Counted from the first letter of the stretch, positions 1 to 8,340 are shown. The stretch is 13,127 bases of DNA from Candidatus Scalinduaceae bacterium (GCA_046759445.1 JBHICG010000083.1:1-13127); one strand, 5' to 3'. The notes: a model not told the origin generated them from the sequence alone. Numbers and translations: made by a program.

Positions 1-722
1 AGATAAGATTCGACAAATTCTTCAGCAAAACCAAGATTATGCTCCAGCTTCAATTTTGAAATACGGCGTATGATATCATCGTTTTTTTCGTGAAATTTAT
101 CCTGAGCAAGTTCAATAGCATTTCCCAGGCTCCCACAACTGAATCTTGAAATCCACTCCGCTTCTTTTATTTCAGTACAGAATTTATTCATAAGCTGTTC
201 TTTTATAATACTGGTTGGAATCGGCTTAAACCTCATAATCTGACATCGTGATTTTATCGTTTCCTTTATGGAAGCCAGGGAATTAGCGATAAGGATGATA
301 ATAGTATTCGGGGCAGGCTCTTCGAGTGTCTTGAGCAAGCAATTTGAAGACTCCTCGTTCATTCTATCTGCTTCTTTGATGATAAATACCTTGTACTCCG
401 ACTCAACAGGGCTTAAGTTAACATAGTGTTGCATGTCTCTGATATTTTCAATCTTTATAAATTTATCTTTTTTATCCAAAGCAATCCAATGAATATCAGG
501 ATGATTATTATTGTCTATGCGCAGGCAGTTGTGGCATGTATCACAGGAATCGCCTTTGTTACTCTTACAGAATAAGGCTTTTGTAAATTCCTTTGCAAAT
601 AGTAATTTTCCAGTACCTTTTCGACCGGTAAAGATATACGCATGCGACAGGTGGTTGTTTGATATGGCTTTTTTGAAGAGATAGACGATGTGGTTTTGGG
701 ATAAAATATCTTTAAAGGACAT
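1..722 (-). CDS. holB: DNA polymerase III subunit delta' (clamp loader), 3' end outside window
   Basis: Manual translation from ATG at 722: MSFKDILSQNHIVYLFKKAISNNHLSHAYIFTGRKGTGK...ALFC...SCDTCHNC...NHPD...KVFIIKEADRMNEESSNCLLKTLEEP...TIKSRCQ. Has the HAY-P-loop, Zn-binding Cys cluster, HPD, LLKTLEEP and SRC motifs of HolB. Not in the ORF track because it runs off the window edge. Confidence 0.9.
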   Translation of the reverse strand, partial: MSFKDILSQNHIVYLFKKAISNNHLSHAYIFTGRKGTGKLLFAKEFTKALFCKSNKGDSCDTCHNCLRIDNNNHPDIHWIALDKKDKFIKIENIRDMQHYVNLSPVESEYKVFIIKEADRMNEESSNCLLKTLEEPAPNTIIILIANSLASIKETIKSRCQIMRFKPIPTSIIKEQLMNKFCTEIKEAEWISRFSCGSLGNAIELAQDKFHEKNDDIIRRISKLKLEHNLGFAEEFVESY

Positions 723-744
723 TATTCTTTACGTGAATTTATTT

Positions 745-999
745 TTATTGCTTATCTTCTTCTGTTTCAATAATTGCTATAACATCTCCAACCTTTACAA
801 CATCACCTTCCTGGGCTAGTATTTCAATTAATCTACCAGTTTTGTGTGCTGGGACATTAAAGGTAGTTTTATTTGTTGCAACTTCCAAAATATCCTCTCC
901 TTTCTCAAATTCTTCATCTTCTTCAACATGCCAAAAGGATACCGTTGCTTCATCATCGATATCTATTCCCAGATCCGGCAATTCAAATTCTACTTGCAT
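745..999 (-). CDS. Stand-alone biotinyl/lipoyl attachment domain protein (84 aa)
   Basis: Resembles an E2-type lipoyl domain: LPDLG...ATVSFWHV...GEDILEVATNKTTFNVPA..G.L.EIL..EGDVVKVGDVIAII, with attachment Lys44. AAGGAG RBS upstream of the ATG. Confidence 0.88.
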   Translation of the reverse strand: MQVEFELPDLGIDIDDEATVSFWHVEEDEEFEKGEDILEVATNKTTFNVPAHKTGRLIEILAQEGDVVKVGDVIAIIETEEDKQ

Positions 1000-1100
1000 T
1001 GTAACTTCTCCTTAAATTAACTGATTATTGCTGTTCATATGAAAAATTCAGAAATGTAATATTAAATATAGTTAGTTTTATCATAATAAGAGATTAGAAA

Positions 1101-1128
1101 ATTATACAAACGGTTCATTTGTTGTCAA
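1101..1128 (-). promoter_or_regulatory. sigma70 promoter for the lipoyl-domain/holB unit
   Basis: Minus strand TTGACA (1128-1123), 16-nt spacer, TATAAT (1106-1101): both hexamers match consensus exactly. Confidence 0.7.
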
Positions 1129-1138
1129 TAGTTTATGC

Positions 1139-1167
1139 TTGACTTCAATTTGTTTGTTGTATAAAAT
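1139..1167 (+). promoter_or_regulatory. sigma70 promoter, divergent, reading toward rny
   Basis: TTGACT (1139-1144), 17 nt, TAAAAT (1162-1167). Predicted TSS about 1174. Confidence 0.65.
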
Positions 1168-1173
1168 CTCAGC

Positions 1174-1723
1174 ATCTAAAAGGTATTATTTTTAATAAAA
1201 CAATTATCTAGTACTAATCGCATGTAGATAATTTTAATTGGCTATTTCTTTATGACATGTGGTTATGTTACTAGTTTATTTATAGAATGGGATATTACGA
1301 GAAAAGAAAAGAAATTGAGATTGGAAATCATAGCATAAAACCAGGGAAGATGTTTAATGGGATTTAATCAATACGGTAAATCCCTATTTTTTTTTTATAC
1401 CAAGGAAAACTTAGCGTTTGTTTTTTTACTAATGGTTTTGGTTAGATGTTTTAAGAAGTGATAATTTACGCCTAGAGATTAGTCAAAGATTTTAATGAAG
1501 AGGAGAAGTGACTTTCGTTTTAATCTGCGATTATCTTTTATTAATATTTAAGATCATTCCCCGGTTATAATACGTTCAACTTAGATAACAAAGTAAAAGC
1601 CAATTGGTGTTGTCCTTCCATATCTCAATTCTTTTGTTCTACAAGCGATTAACATCCTTAAATTTCTCTTCTAATATAATATTTTTATTGATACTTTTCA
1701 GTTTATAAAGGTGGTGAAGACTT
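1174..1723 (+). ncRNA. Candidate large structured leader RNA upstream of rny
   Basis: Several long-range inverted repeats (1307-1326/1616-1635, 1336-1357/1548-1569, 1236-1251/1590-1605) plus local hairpins (1202-1233, 1359-1384). No long ORF. I do not recognise it as a known RNA family. Confidence 0.4.
1359..1396 (+). terminator. Intrinsic terminator-like hairpin inside the rny leader
   Basis: GGGATTTA (1359-1366) / TAAATCCC (1377-1384), 8-bp stem, followed by TA and T10 (1387-1396). Confidence 0.55.
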
Positions 1724-3289
1724 ATTAAAGAGCTACTTACAAACCCAATAATATATTTTCCTATACTACCAGTTTGCACAATATTTGGTTTTTTGATTTG
1801 TTATCTGTTTTTTAAATTACGACGCGTTAGTCGAGAGCGAACTTCCAGAAACTTAATTAAAGAATCAAAGTTGGAAGCGGAAGCAATAGTAAAGAACGCT
1901 ACAATCTCTGCTAGAGAAGAGGCGTATAAGAGAAGGGAGCAGGTAGAGAAAGAAACACAAGAATCGAGACAAGAGTTACGTCATTTGGAACGACGGTTGA
2001 GCAAAAGGGAAGACAATCTAGAAAGAAAGATAGATGTCCTGACAAAAAAGGAGAAGTATATTGAGAATTTGGCTTCAAATTTGACAAACAAAGAAAAAAA
2101 TTTAGAAAAGAAAAAATTAGAGCTAGAAGATTTGATTCTGGAAGAAAAAAATAAACTCTACAGAATTTCGGAGATGTCTAAGGAAAGTGCAGAAAAACAT
2201 TTGATGAGTCTCTTGGAGAAAGATTTAGAACTAGAATGTGCTAACTTCATAGAGGGGTATACTCAAAAAGCCAAGGAATCAGCAGAAAAAAAGGCTGTTT
2301 CTCTTGTTTGTACAGCGATCCAGCGGTGTTCGTCAAATAACACAATTGAAAATGTTGTGAGTACAATAGAATTGCCGTCTGACGATATGAAAGGAAGAAT
2401 TATAGGTAGAGAAGGACGTAACATACGTGCTTTTGAAAAGGCTACAGGGATAGATGTAATTGTAGATGATACTCCTGGTATAATTGTCCTCTCGGGTTTT
2501 GATAGTGTACGCAGGGAAATTGCTAGAATGGCAATGAAAAAATTGATCCTGGATGGTAGAATTCATCCAGCACGTATAGAAGAGATAGTTCAGCAGACAG
2601 AAAAGGATATTGAAGAGATTATTCAAGAGACGGGGAAACAAACAAGCTTTGAATTGGGTGTACACGATTTACATTCAGAGATTATTAGACTGATTGGACG
2701 ATTAAGATATCGTACAAGCTATGGGCAGAATCAACTTCAACATTCAATAGAAGTATCTCAACTTGCAGGTATCCTGGCTGGGGAATTAAAACTAGATACA
2801 CAGTTAGCCAGGAGGTGTGGTCTCTTACACGACATTGGAAAGGCTACTGGTGTTGATGTTGAAGGTACTCATGCTATTGTTGGGGCTGATATTGCGAGAA
2901 GATTTGAAGAAAGACCTGAGGTCGTAAATGCAATTGCTTCGCATCATGAAGAGGTCGAACCTGAAACTGTGTATGCTGTCTTAATAAATGCTGCAGATGC
3001 AATATCTGCTAGCAGACCTGGCGCTAGGCGAGAAACTCTTGAAAAATATGTTAAACGGTTAGAAAAGCTAGAGAATATAGCAATGTCTTTTGGTAGTGTT
3101 GAGAGTGCTTATGCAATCCAGGCTGGTAGAGAAGTGAGAGTAGTAGTTCATCCTGATAAAGTTAGTGATAAACTGGCAGCAAAAATCTGCCATGACATAG
3201 CAAGGGAAATAGAAGAAGAACTTGAATACCCTGGAGAAGTAACTGTAACCGTTATTAGAGAAAAACGAATAGTTCAAAAAGCAAAATGA
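1724..3289 (+). CDS. rny: Ribonuclease Y (start extended from the track's TTG at 1793 to ATT at 1724; 521 aa)
   Basis: Coiled-coil N-terminal region, KH motif KGRIIGREGRNIR, HD motif LLHDIGK, ADAISASRPGARRE, AIQAGREVRV. The frame is open back to the TGA at 1715-1717. SD AAGGTGGTGA (1708-1717) precedes ATT. The extension restores the N-terminal membrane anchor. Gene identity is firm; the start codon is inferred. Confidence 0.95.
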   Translation: MKELLTNPIIYFPILPVCTIFGFLICYLFFKLRRVSRERTSRNLIKESKLEAEAIVKNATISAREEAYKRREQVEKETQESRQELRHLERRLSKREDNLERKIDVLTKKEKYIENLASNLTNKEKNLEKKKLELEDLILEEKNKLYRISEMSKESAEKHLMSLLEKDLELECANFIEGYTQKAKESAEKKAVSLVCTAIQRCSSNNTIENVVSTIELPSDDMKGRIIGREGRNIRAFEKATGIDVIVDDTPGIIVLSGFDSVRREIARMAMKKLILDGRIHPARIEEIVQQTEKDIEEIIQETGKQTSFELGVHDLHSEIIRLIGRLRYRTSYGQNQLQHSIEVSQLAGILAGELKLDTQLARRCGLLHDIGKATGVDVEGTHAIVGADIARRFEERPEVVNAIASHHEEVEPETVYAVLINAADAISASRPGARRETLEKYVKRLEKLENIAMSFGSVESAYAIQAGREVRVVVHPDKVSDKLAAKICHDIAREIEEELEYPGEVTVTVIREKRIVQKAK

Positions 3290-3329
3290 GATTTTATGAT
3301 AATCCTTATTATTTATCGTTTAAGGAACA

Positions 3330-5165
3330 ATGAAGACATTCTTTGACATAGTTGTTGTGGGTTGTGGTCATGCTGGATGTGAGGCGTCATTAGCATCTGC
3401 CAGAATGGGTATGCGGACAGCATTAATTACAATAAACCTAGATACTATTGCTCAAATGTCATGTAATCCTGCTATAGGTGGACTTGCTAAGGGTCAATTA
3501 GTCCGTGAAATAGATGCCCTTGGCGGAGAAATGGGGAAGGTGATTGATGAGACAGGTATCCAGTTTAGACTTCTCAACGTTAGTAAAGGACATGCTGTCC
3601 GTTCTCCGCGTGCACAGGCAGACAAAAAACTATATCAGCTTGAAATGAAAAGGAGATTAGAAAAAGAGAAGAATATCTCTTTATGCCAGGATGTTATTGA
3701 TGAAATTATAGTAAGAGATAGAGGTATATTTGATCTAATCGGTAGAAGTGGAACGAAGTATAACGCAAATGCCGTAATAATTACAACAGGTACTTTTTTA
3801 AATGGTTTAATTCACATAGGTAATTCCAAGACAAAAGGTGGAAGGTATAATGAACCATCGTCTGATAAATTATCAAATAGTTTACGAAATATGGGCTTCA
3901 AGACAGACAGGCTTAAAACGGGAACACCGCCACGTCTTAACGGTAATACAATAAATTACAAAATATTGCAAGCACAAGATGGCGATATACAACCTACTGC
4001 ATTTTCTTTTTCAACGAAGAAGATTCAGAAATCTCAGGTCAAGTGTTATATAACGTACACTAATAATTTGGTTCATGAAATTATTAGGTCAAACTTGGAT
4101 CGTTCCCCACTTTACACGGGACAGATCAAAGCAGTGGGTCCACGTTATTGCCCTTCCATTGAGGATAAAATAGTAAGATTTCCAGACAAAGATCAACACC
4201 AGATATTTCTTGAACCAGAAGGTCTGAATACCTCAGAGGTTTACTGTAATGGCATTTCAACTAGTATGCCATACGATGTTCAGGAAGCAATGGTTCATTC
4301 GATAAAGGGATTGGAAAAGGCTGAGATTAGGCGTTATGGATATGCTATAGAATATGATTATATACCACCTACTCAAATCAAACCTTCTCTTGAAACTAAA
4401 ATTGTTGATAACCTTTTCCTGGCAGGACAAATAAATGGTACTTCTGGTTATGAAGAGGCTGCTGCTCAAGGTATTATGGCTGGAATAAATGCCGTGTTAA
4501 AGATACAGGATCGTGAACCTTTCATTTTAGATCGATCGGAAGCTTATATTGGAGTTTTAATTGATGATTTAGTTACGAAAGGTACGCAAGAACCATATAG
4601 GATGTTTACTTCAAGAGCGGAATATAGACTTCTCCTTAGGCATGACAATGCTGATAGAAGGCTTATGAGATATGGATATAAATATGGTCTGATAGACAAA
4701 GGACAGTGGAAAGAATTGTTAGAAAAAGAGAATATTATTTCAGAAACCATTAAGTATCTTAAGTGTAACAAAAATGGATCTGATTTATTGTCAAAAATTT
4801 TGAGGCGAACAAATATATGTTTTAACGATTTGTTAGACATAGATAATGGTTTGAAGACTCAAAATATTCCTCCTATTATTCAGGAACAAATAGAGATTGA
4901 ATTAAAATATAAAGGTTACATTGACCGGCAGCAAAAACAAATCGAAAAGTTTAAGAGGATGGAGGGTTTTTCGCTACCCTCGTGGTTCAATTATGAAAAT
5001 ATTCCTGGTTTAAGGAAAGAGGCCCGTCAGAAGTTGAACAATATTCTTCCTGTTTCATTGGGGCAAGCTTCACGTATTTCTGGCGTCTCTCCTGCAGATG
5101 TTTCAATACTTATGGTATATTTGATCAGTAAAGGTAAGAAATATACTCAATCGGTGGTTGTCTGA
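3330..5165 (+). CDS. mnmG: tRNA uridine-5-carboxymethylaminomethyl(34) synthesis enzyme MnmG (GidA)
   Basis: FAD motif VVGCGHAG, MSCNPAIGG, LKTGTPPRL, GPRYCPSIEDK, AGQINGTSGYEEAAAQG, EPYRMFTSRAEYRL; 611 aa. AAGGA RBS. Confidence 0.97.
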   Translation: MKTFFDIVVVGCGHAGCEASLASARMGMRTALITINLDTIAQMSCNPAIGGLAKGQLVREIDALGGEMGKVIDETGIQFRLLNVSKGHAVRSPRAQADKKLYQLEMKRRLEKEKNISLCQDVIDEIIVRDRGIFDLIGRSGTKYNANAVIITTGTFLNGLIHIGNSKTKGGRYNEPSSDKLSNSLRNMGFKTDRLKTGTPPRLNGNTINYKILQAQDGDIQPTAFSFSTKKIQKSQVKCYITYTNNLVHEIIRSNLDRSPLYTGQIKAVGPRYCPSIEDKIVRFPDKDQHQIFLEPEGLNTSEVYCNGISTSMPYDVQEAMVHSIKGLEKAEIRRYGYAIEYDYIPPTQIKPSLETKIVDNLFLAGQINGTSGYEEAAAQGIMAGINAVLKIQDREPFILDRSEAYIGVLIDDLVTKGTQEPYRMFTSRAEYRLLLRHDNADRRLMRYGYKYGLIDKGQWKELLEKENIISETIKYLKCNKNGSDLLSKILRRTNICFNDLLDIDNGLKTQNIPPIIQEQIEIELKYKGYIDRQQKQIEKFKRMEGFSLPSWFNYENIPGLRKEARQKLNNILPVSLGQASRISGVSPADVSILMVYLISKGKKYTQSVVV

Positions 5166-5251
5166 GTTAGAAGATTCGCTTAATAGATTACTTTTGTGTG
5201 CTTTGGATTAGAAGTGAAATGATGTATGACCTAGGGAACATTGTCTGTTTA

Positions 5252-6583
5252 TTACAGATTCATGCTCATTAGAAATTCGGCATTTGACTGAGTTTTTGTT
5301 AATTTGTTGATTAGTAATTCTAATGATTCCGTAGGATTCATTTCATTCAAAACCCTTCTTAACATCCACATTCGTTTTAATTCTTCTGGGTCAAGTATCA
5401 ATTCTTCTTTCCTTGTTCCAGATCTAGTTATGTCGATTGCGGGAAAGAGCCTTCTATCTGCAAGTCTTCTATCCAGATGTAATTCCATATTACCTGTCCC
5501 CTTGAATTCCTCAAATATGACTTCGTCCATTCGACTACCAGTATCTATAAGAGCGGTGGCAATTATTGTCAAACTTCCACCTTCTTCGATGTTTCTGGCA
5601 GCACCAAAGAAACGTTTGGGTTTTTGTAATGCATTAGCATCGACTCCACCAGATAGTATTTTACCACTATGTGGTATTTCTGTATTATATGCCCTTGCCA
5701 GACGTGTAATAGAGTCTAGTAATATTACAACGTCTTTTTTGTATTCTACCATTCGTTTAGCTTTTTCTACTACCATTTCTGCAACCTGAACATGACGGCT
5801 AGTTGGTTCGTCAAATGTTGACCCAATTACTTCGGCTTGTACAGAACGAGCCATATCAGTCACCTCTTCTGGACGTTCGTCTATTAAAAGAATGATAAGA
5901 TAAACTTCAGGATGATTTTTTGTGATACTGTTTGCTATTTTTTGAAGAAGGACCGTTTTTCCTGTACGAGGAGGCGCTACGATCAAGCCGCGTTGTCCTT
6001 TTCCTACGGGGGTAGTTAGATCCATTATTCTCATTTCTGTGTCTTCTTTTTTTGACTCTAATAAAAGCCTCTCTGTAGGGTGCAATGGAGTTAAATCATC
6101 GAAAACAACATGTTCGCTCATAAGTTCAGGATTTTCAAAATTTATTGCTTCTACCCTTAACAAAGCGAAATATCTTTCGTTTTCCTTAGGTGGACGTATT
6201 TGTCCAGAGACTACTGCACCAGTTCTAATACCAAACCGTCTTATTTGTGACGGTGAGATATATATGTCATCAGGACATGGCAGATAGTTATAGTCTGGAG
6301 AGCGCAAAAAACCAAAACCTTCAGGTAATACTTCTACCACACCCTCACCATACATTAAGCCATTCTGGTTTACACGCTCTTTAAGTATCTTAAATATCAA
6401 GTCATGCTTTTTAAGGCCTGAATATTCTTTTACGCCTTCTTTCTTGGCTGTTTCTTGAAGTTCTTTTATTGTATTCTTTTGCAGTGCAGTAATGTGCATA
6501 TCACCTTTTTTAATTTCTTCATATTTTTCATTATTGTTTTTGTCAATTTTACTAGCCTTTTTGCTGGATTTAGTTGTTACCAT
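5252..6583 (-). CDS. rho: Transcription termination factor Rho
   Basis: [35 protein letters not shown] (Walker A), [34 protein letters not shown]. Confidence 0.98.
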   Translation of the reverse strand: MVTTKSSKKASKIDKNNNEKYEEIKKGDMHITALQKNTIKELQETAKKEGVKEYSGLKKHDLIFKILKERVNQNGLMYGEGVVEVLPEGFGFLRSPDYNYLPCPDDIYISPSQIRRFGIRTGAVVSGQIRPPKENERYFALLRVEAINFENPELMSEHVVFDDLTPLHPTERLLLESKKEDTEMRIMDLTTPVGKGQRGLIVAPPRTGKTVLLQKIANSITKNHPEVYLIILLIDERPEEVTDMARSVQAEVIGSTFDEPTSRHVQVAEMVVEKAKRMVEYKKDVVILLDSITRLARAYNTEIPHSGKILSGGVDANALQKPKRFFGAARNIEEGGSLTIIATALIDTGSRMDEVIFEEFKGTGNMELHLDRRLADRRLFPAIDITRSGTRKEELILDPEELKRMWMLRRVLNEMNPTESLELLINKLTKTQSNAEFLMSMNL

Positions 6584-6599
6584 GTTATCCTCCGTAATT

Positions 6600-7208
6600 T
6601 TACTTAATTATAAATTGATTCCAAAAATCTTTAACTTGTTTGAATGTATCTTCTTTAGAAGAATTATTATTGATGACAATGTCTGCATTCTCTTTTTTCT
6701 CTCTTAATGAGCCTTGAAACATTTCTCTTTTATTTATTTCGCTCGAAGGCCATTTTCGATTTTGCTGGACCCTCTTCTTGCAAATTTGCCTTTTAGAATC
6801 TACGAATATTATTATGTCACAGAGGCTTGTTAAGTTTGATTCCACTAATAAAGCAACATCAAGAACTATTCCTTTTTTTGTGCCTTGTTGATTAAGTTCG
6901 GTGATTCGGCTTTTTATTTGTTTTATTGCTTTTGGATGAATAATTTTATTAAGTGTCAATAGTTCTCTTTTATCTGAAAATACGATCTTTCCAAGTTTAC
7001 ATCTATTTATTTTGCCATGCTTATTTAATATATAGCCTCCCCATTTCTTACTGATTTTTTTGTTTATTTCCTCTGTGTTTATTAGTTGATGGCAGATCTT
7101 ATCAGCATCGACAACACTTGCACCAAGTGATCTTAACATTTTTGCTACAGTGCTCTTTCCACTTGCTATGCCACCCATAATGCCTATTACCTTGATTTTT
7201 CCATTCAT
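6600..7208 (-). CDS. coaE: Dephospho-CoA kinase
   Basis: [15 protein letters not shown]-loop, VVDADKI, INRxKLGxIVF, LNKIIHP, ADIVINN; 202 aa. Confidence 0.93.
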   Translation of the reverse strand: MNGKIKVIGIMGGIASGKSTVAKMLRSLGASVVDADKICHQLINTEEINKKISKKWGGYILNKHGKINRCKLGKIVFSDKRELLTLNKIIHPKAIKQIKSRITELNQQGTKKGIVLDVALLVESNLTSLCDIIIFVDSKRQICKKRVQQNRKWPSSEINKREMFQGSLREKKENADIVINNNSSKEDTFKQVKDFWNQFIIK

Positions 7209-8066
7209 TCAATTATTGTTGCCATTTTCAACAATAAATGATTTAAAGTCAAATTTGGTAAATAATTCTTTAAGTCTGGCGTGGTCAATATTAGTCAAGC
7301 GGCAAGTGTCATAATTTACATCCAGTGGCACGTTGGTATTTATGGTTGCTAAACGTTTTGAAAGAATTGCCAATTCTGTATTCTTCGACAAATTTTCCTG
7401 CTTCTTTTTGCCATTTATCTTATCAATGTTCGATAAGACATTTTCTAATGACTTCCATTCTCTAATAAGGTTTAGGGCTGTTTTATAACCGATACCGGGA
7501 ACACCAGGTATGTTGTCACTGGCATCTCCTCCTAGTGCAAGAACATCAATGAAGTTTTCTGGTTCAATTCCTTTCTCTTTACGTATCTTCTCAATATCCG
7601 TCATCTCTTTTTTTCTAAGATTAAGAATCCTTATATTCTTATCGACTAATTGTTCCATATCTTTATCTGTCGTTATTATTATGCATTCTATCTCCTTTGC
7701 AGAGACTTTCTTAGCAACGGTTCCTATTATGTCATCGGCTTCAAAACCTTCGTGAACATATAATGGTATGTTATATGCCTTAATTACGTCAAACATAAGT
7801 GGTAGTTGGGATAGTAGTTCATCAGGTGCAGGTTTTCTCTGAATCTTATATTCTTTATATTCTAAATGCCTAAAAGTAGGTCCTTTTGAATCAAAAGCTA
7901 TTGCCATGTAATAGGGATTGTATTCTTTTATGATTTTGCGCAGCATCCTCGTAAAACCATATACGGCATTTATCGGGTGACCTGAAGGCGTAGTTAACTC
8001 AGTGATTGCATAGTAAGCTTGATAAAATTGTGAATGTCCATCGATAATAAAAAATCTTTTTGACAC
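7209..8066 (-). CDS. Stand-alone 5'-3' exonuclease/flap endonuclease (PolA N-terminal domain only)
   Basis: IIDGHS.FYQAYYA, NAVYGF, AFDSKGPTFRH, YKxxR, EADDIIG, DKDMEQL, GDASDNIPGVPGIGYKTA (H3TH). GTG start. The TGA directly abuts the coaE ATG, and no 3'-5' exonuclease or polymerase domain follows. Confidence 0.92.
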   Translation of the reverse strand: MSKRFFIIDGHSQFYQAYYAITELTTPSGHPINAVYGFTRMLRKIIKEYNPYYMAIAFDSKGPTFRHLEYKEYKIQRKPAPDELLSQLPLMFDVIKAYNIPLYVHEGFEADDIIGTVAKKVSAKEIECIIITTDKDMEQLVDKNIRILNLRKKEMTDIEKIRKEKGIEPENFIDVLALGGDASDNIPGVPGIGYKTALNLIREWKSLENVLSNIDKINGKKKQENLSKNTELAILSKRLATINTNVPLDVNYDTCRLTNIDHARLKELFTKFDFKSFIVENGNNN

Positions 8067-8340
8067 TTATTTACTTGGATATACTAGGCTTGATTAATCG
8101 TATTGCCTGTTAATTTATTGTTTTGGAAGATAAGAAATTGTTAGAGAGGGTTCTAATCGAAAAGGATGTAAGGATTTATGTTTAAAGTTTATACATCATT
8201 AAATCAAAATTAACCATGTTTAACATTGCTTGCTTTCCGTTAAGGATTGAAGAATTCTCTACTCGCAAGAAGATGATCCAGGAAATGAGCAATACTTATG
8301 AAGAAATTTTGAAGAACCAATATAAAATAATATACAAAAT

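Noticed and set aside
1252..1338. 28-codon + strand ORF MTCGYVTSLFIEWDITRKEKKLRLEIIA
   Set aside because: No RBS, no recognisable motif, and short ORFs of this size are expected by chance.
1174..1723. Identification of the rny leader as tmRNA, RNase P RNA, 6S, T-box or a known riboswitch
   Set aside because: No GGGG.../...CCACCA tRNA-like ends, no GAGGAAAGUCC P4 motif, no T-box GGUGGNACC. A better 6S candidate exists at 8497-8673.
1793..1795. TTG start for rny as given in the ORF track
   Set aside because: No SD upstream, and it falls inside the hydrophobic anchor. The ATT at 1724 has a strong SD and gives the expected length.
2333..4840. Minus-strand ORFs 2333-2665, 3068-3277, 4257-4469, 4544-4840
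   Set aside because: Antisense shadows of rny and mnmG with no recognisable domains.
5304..7755. Plus-strand ORFs 5304-5789, 6039-6287, 6492-6707, 7510-7755
   Set aside because: Antisense shadows of rho, coaE and the exonuclease; Ser/Ile/Phe-rich composition typical of reverse-frame artefacts.
7209..8066. polA pseudogene by frameshift
   Set aside because: coaE begins immediately after the stop, there is no residual Klenow sequence, and the catalytic motifs are intact.
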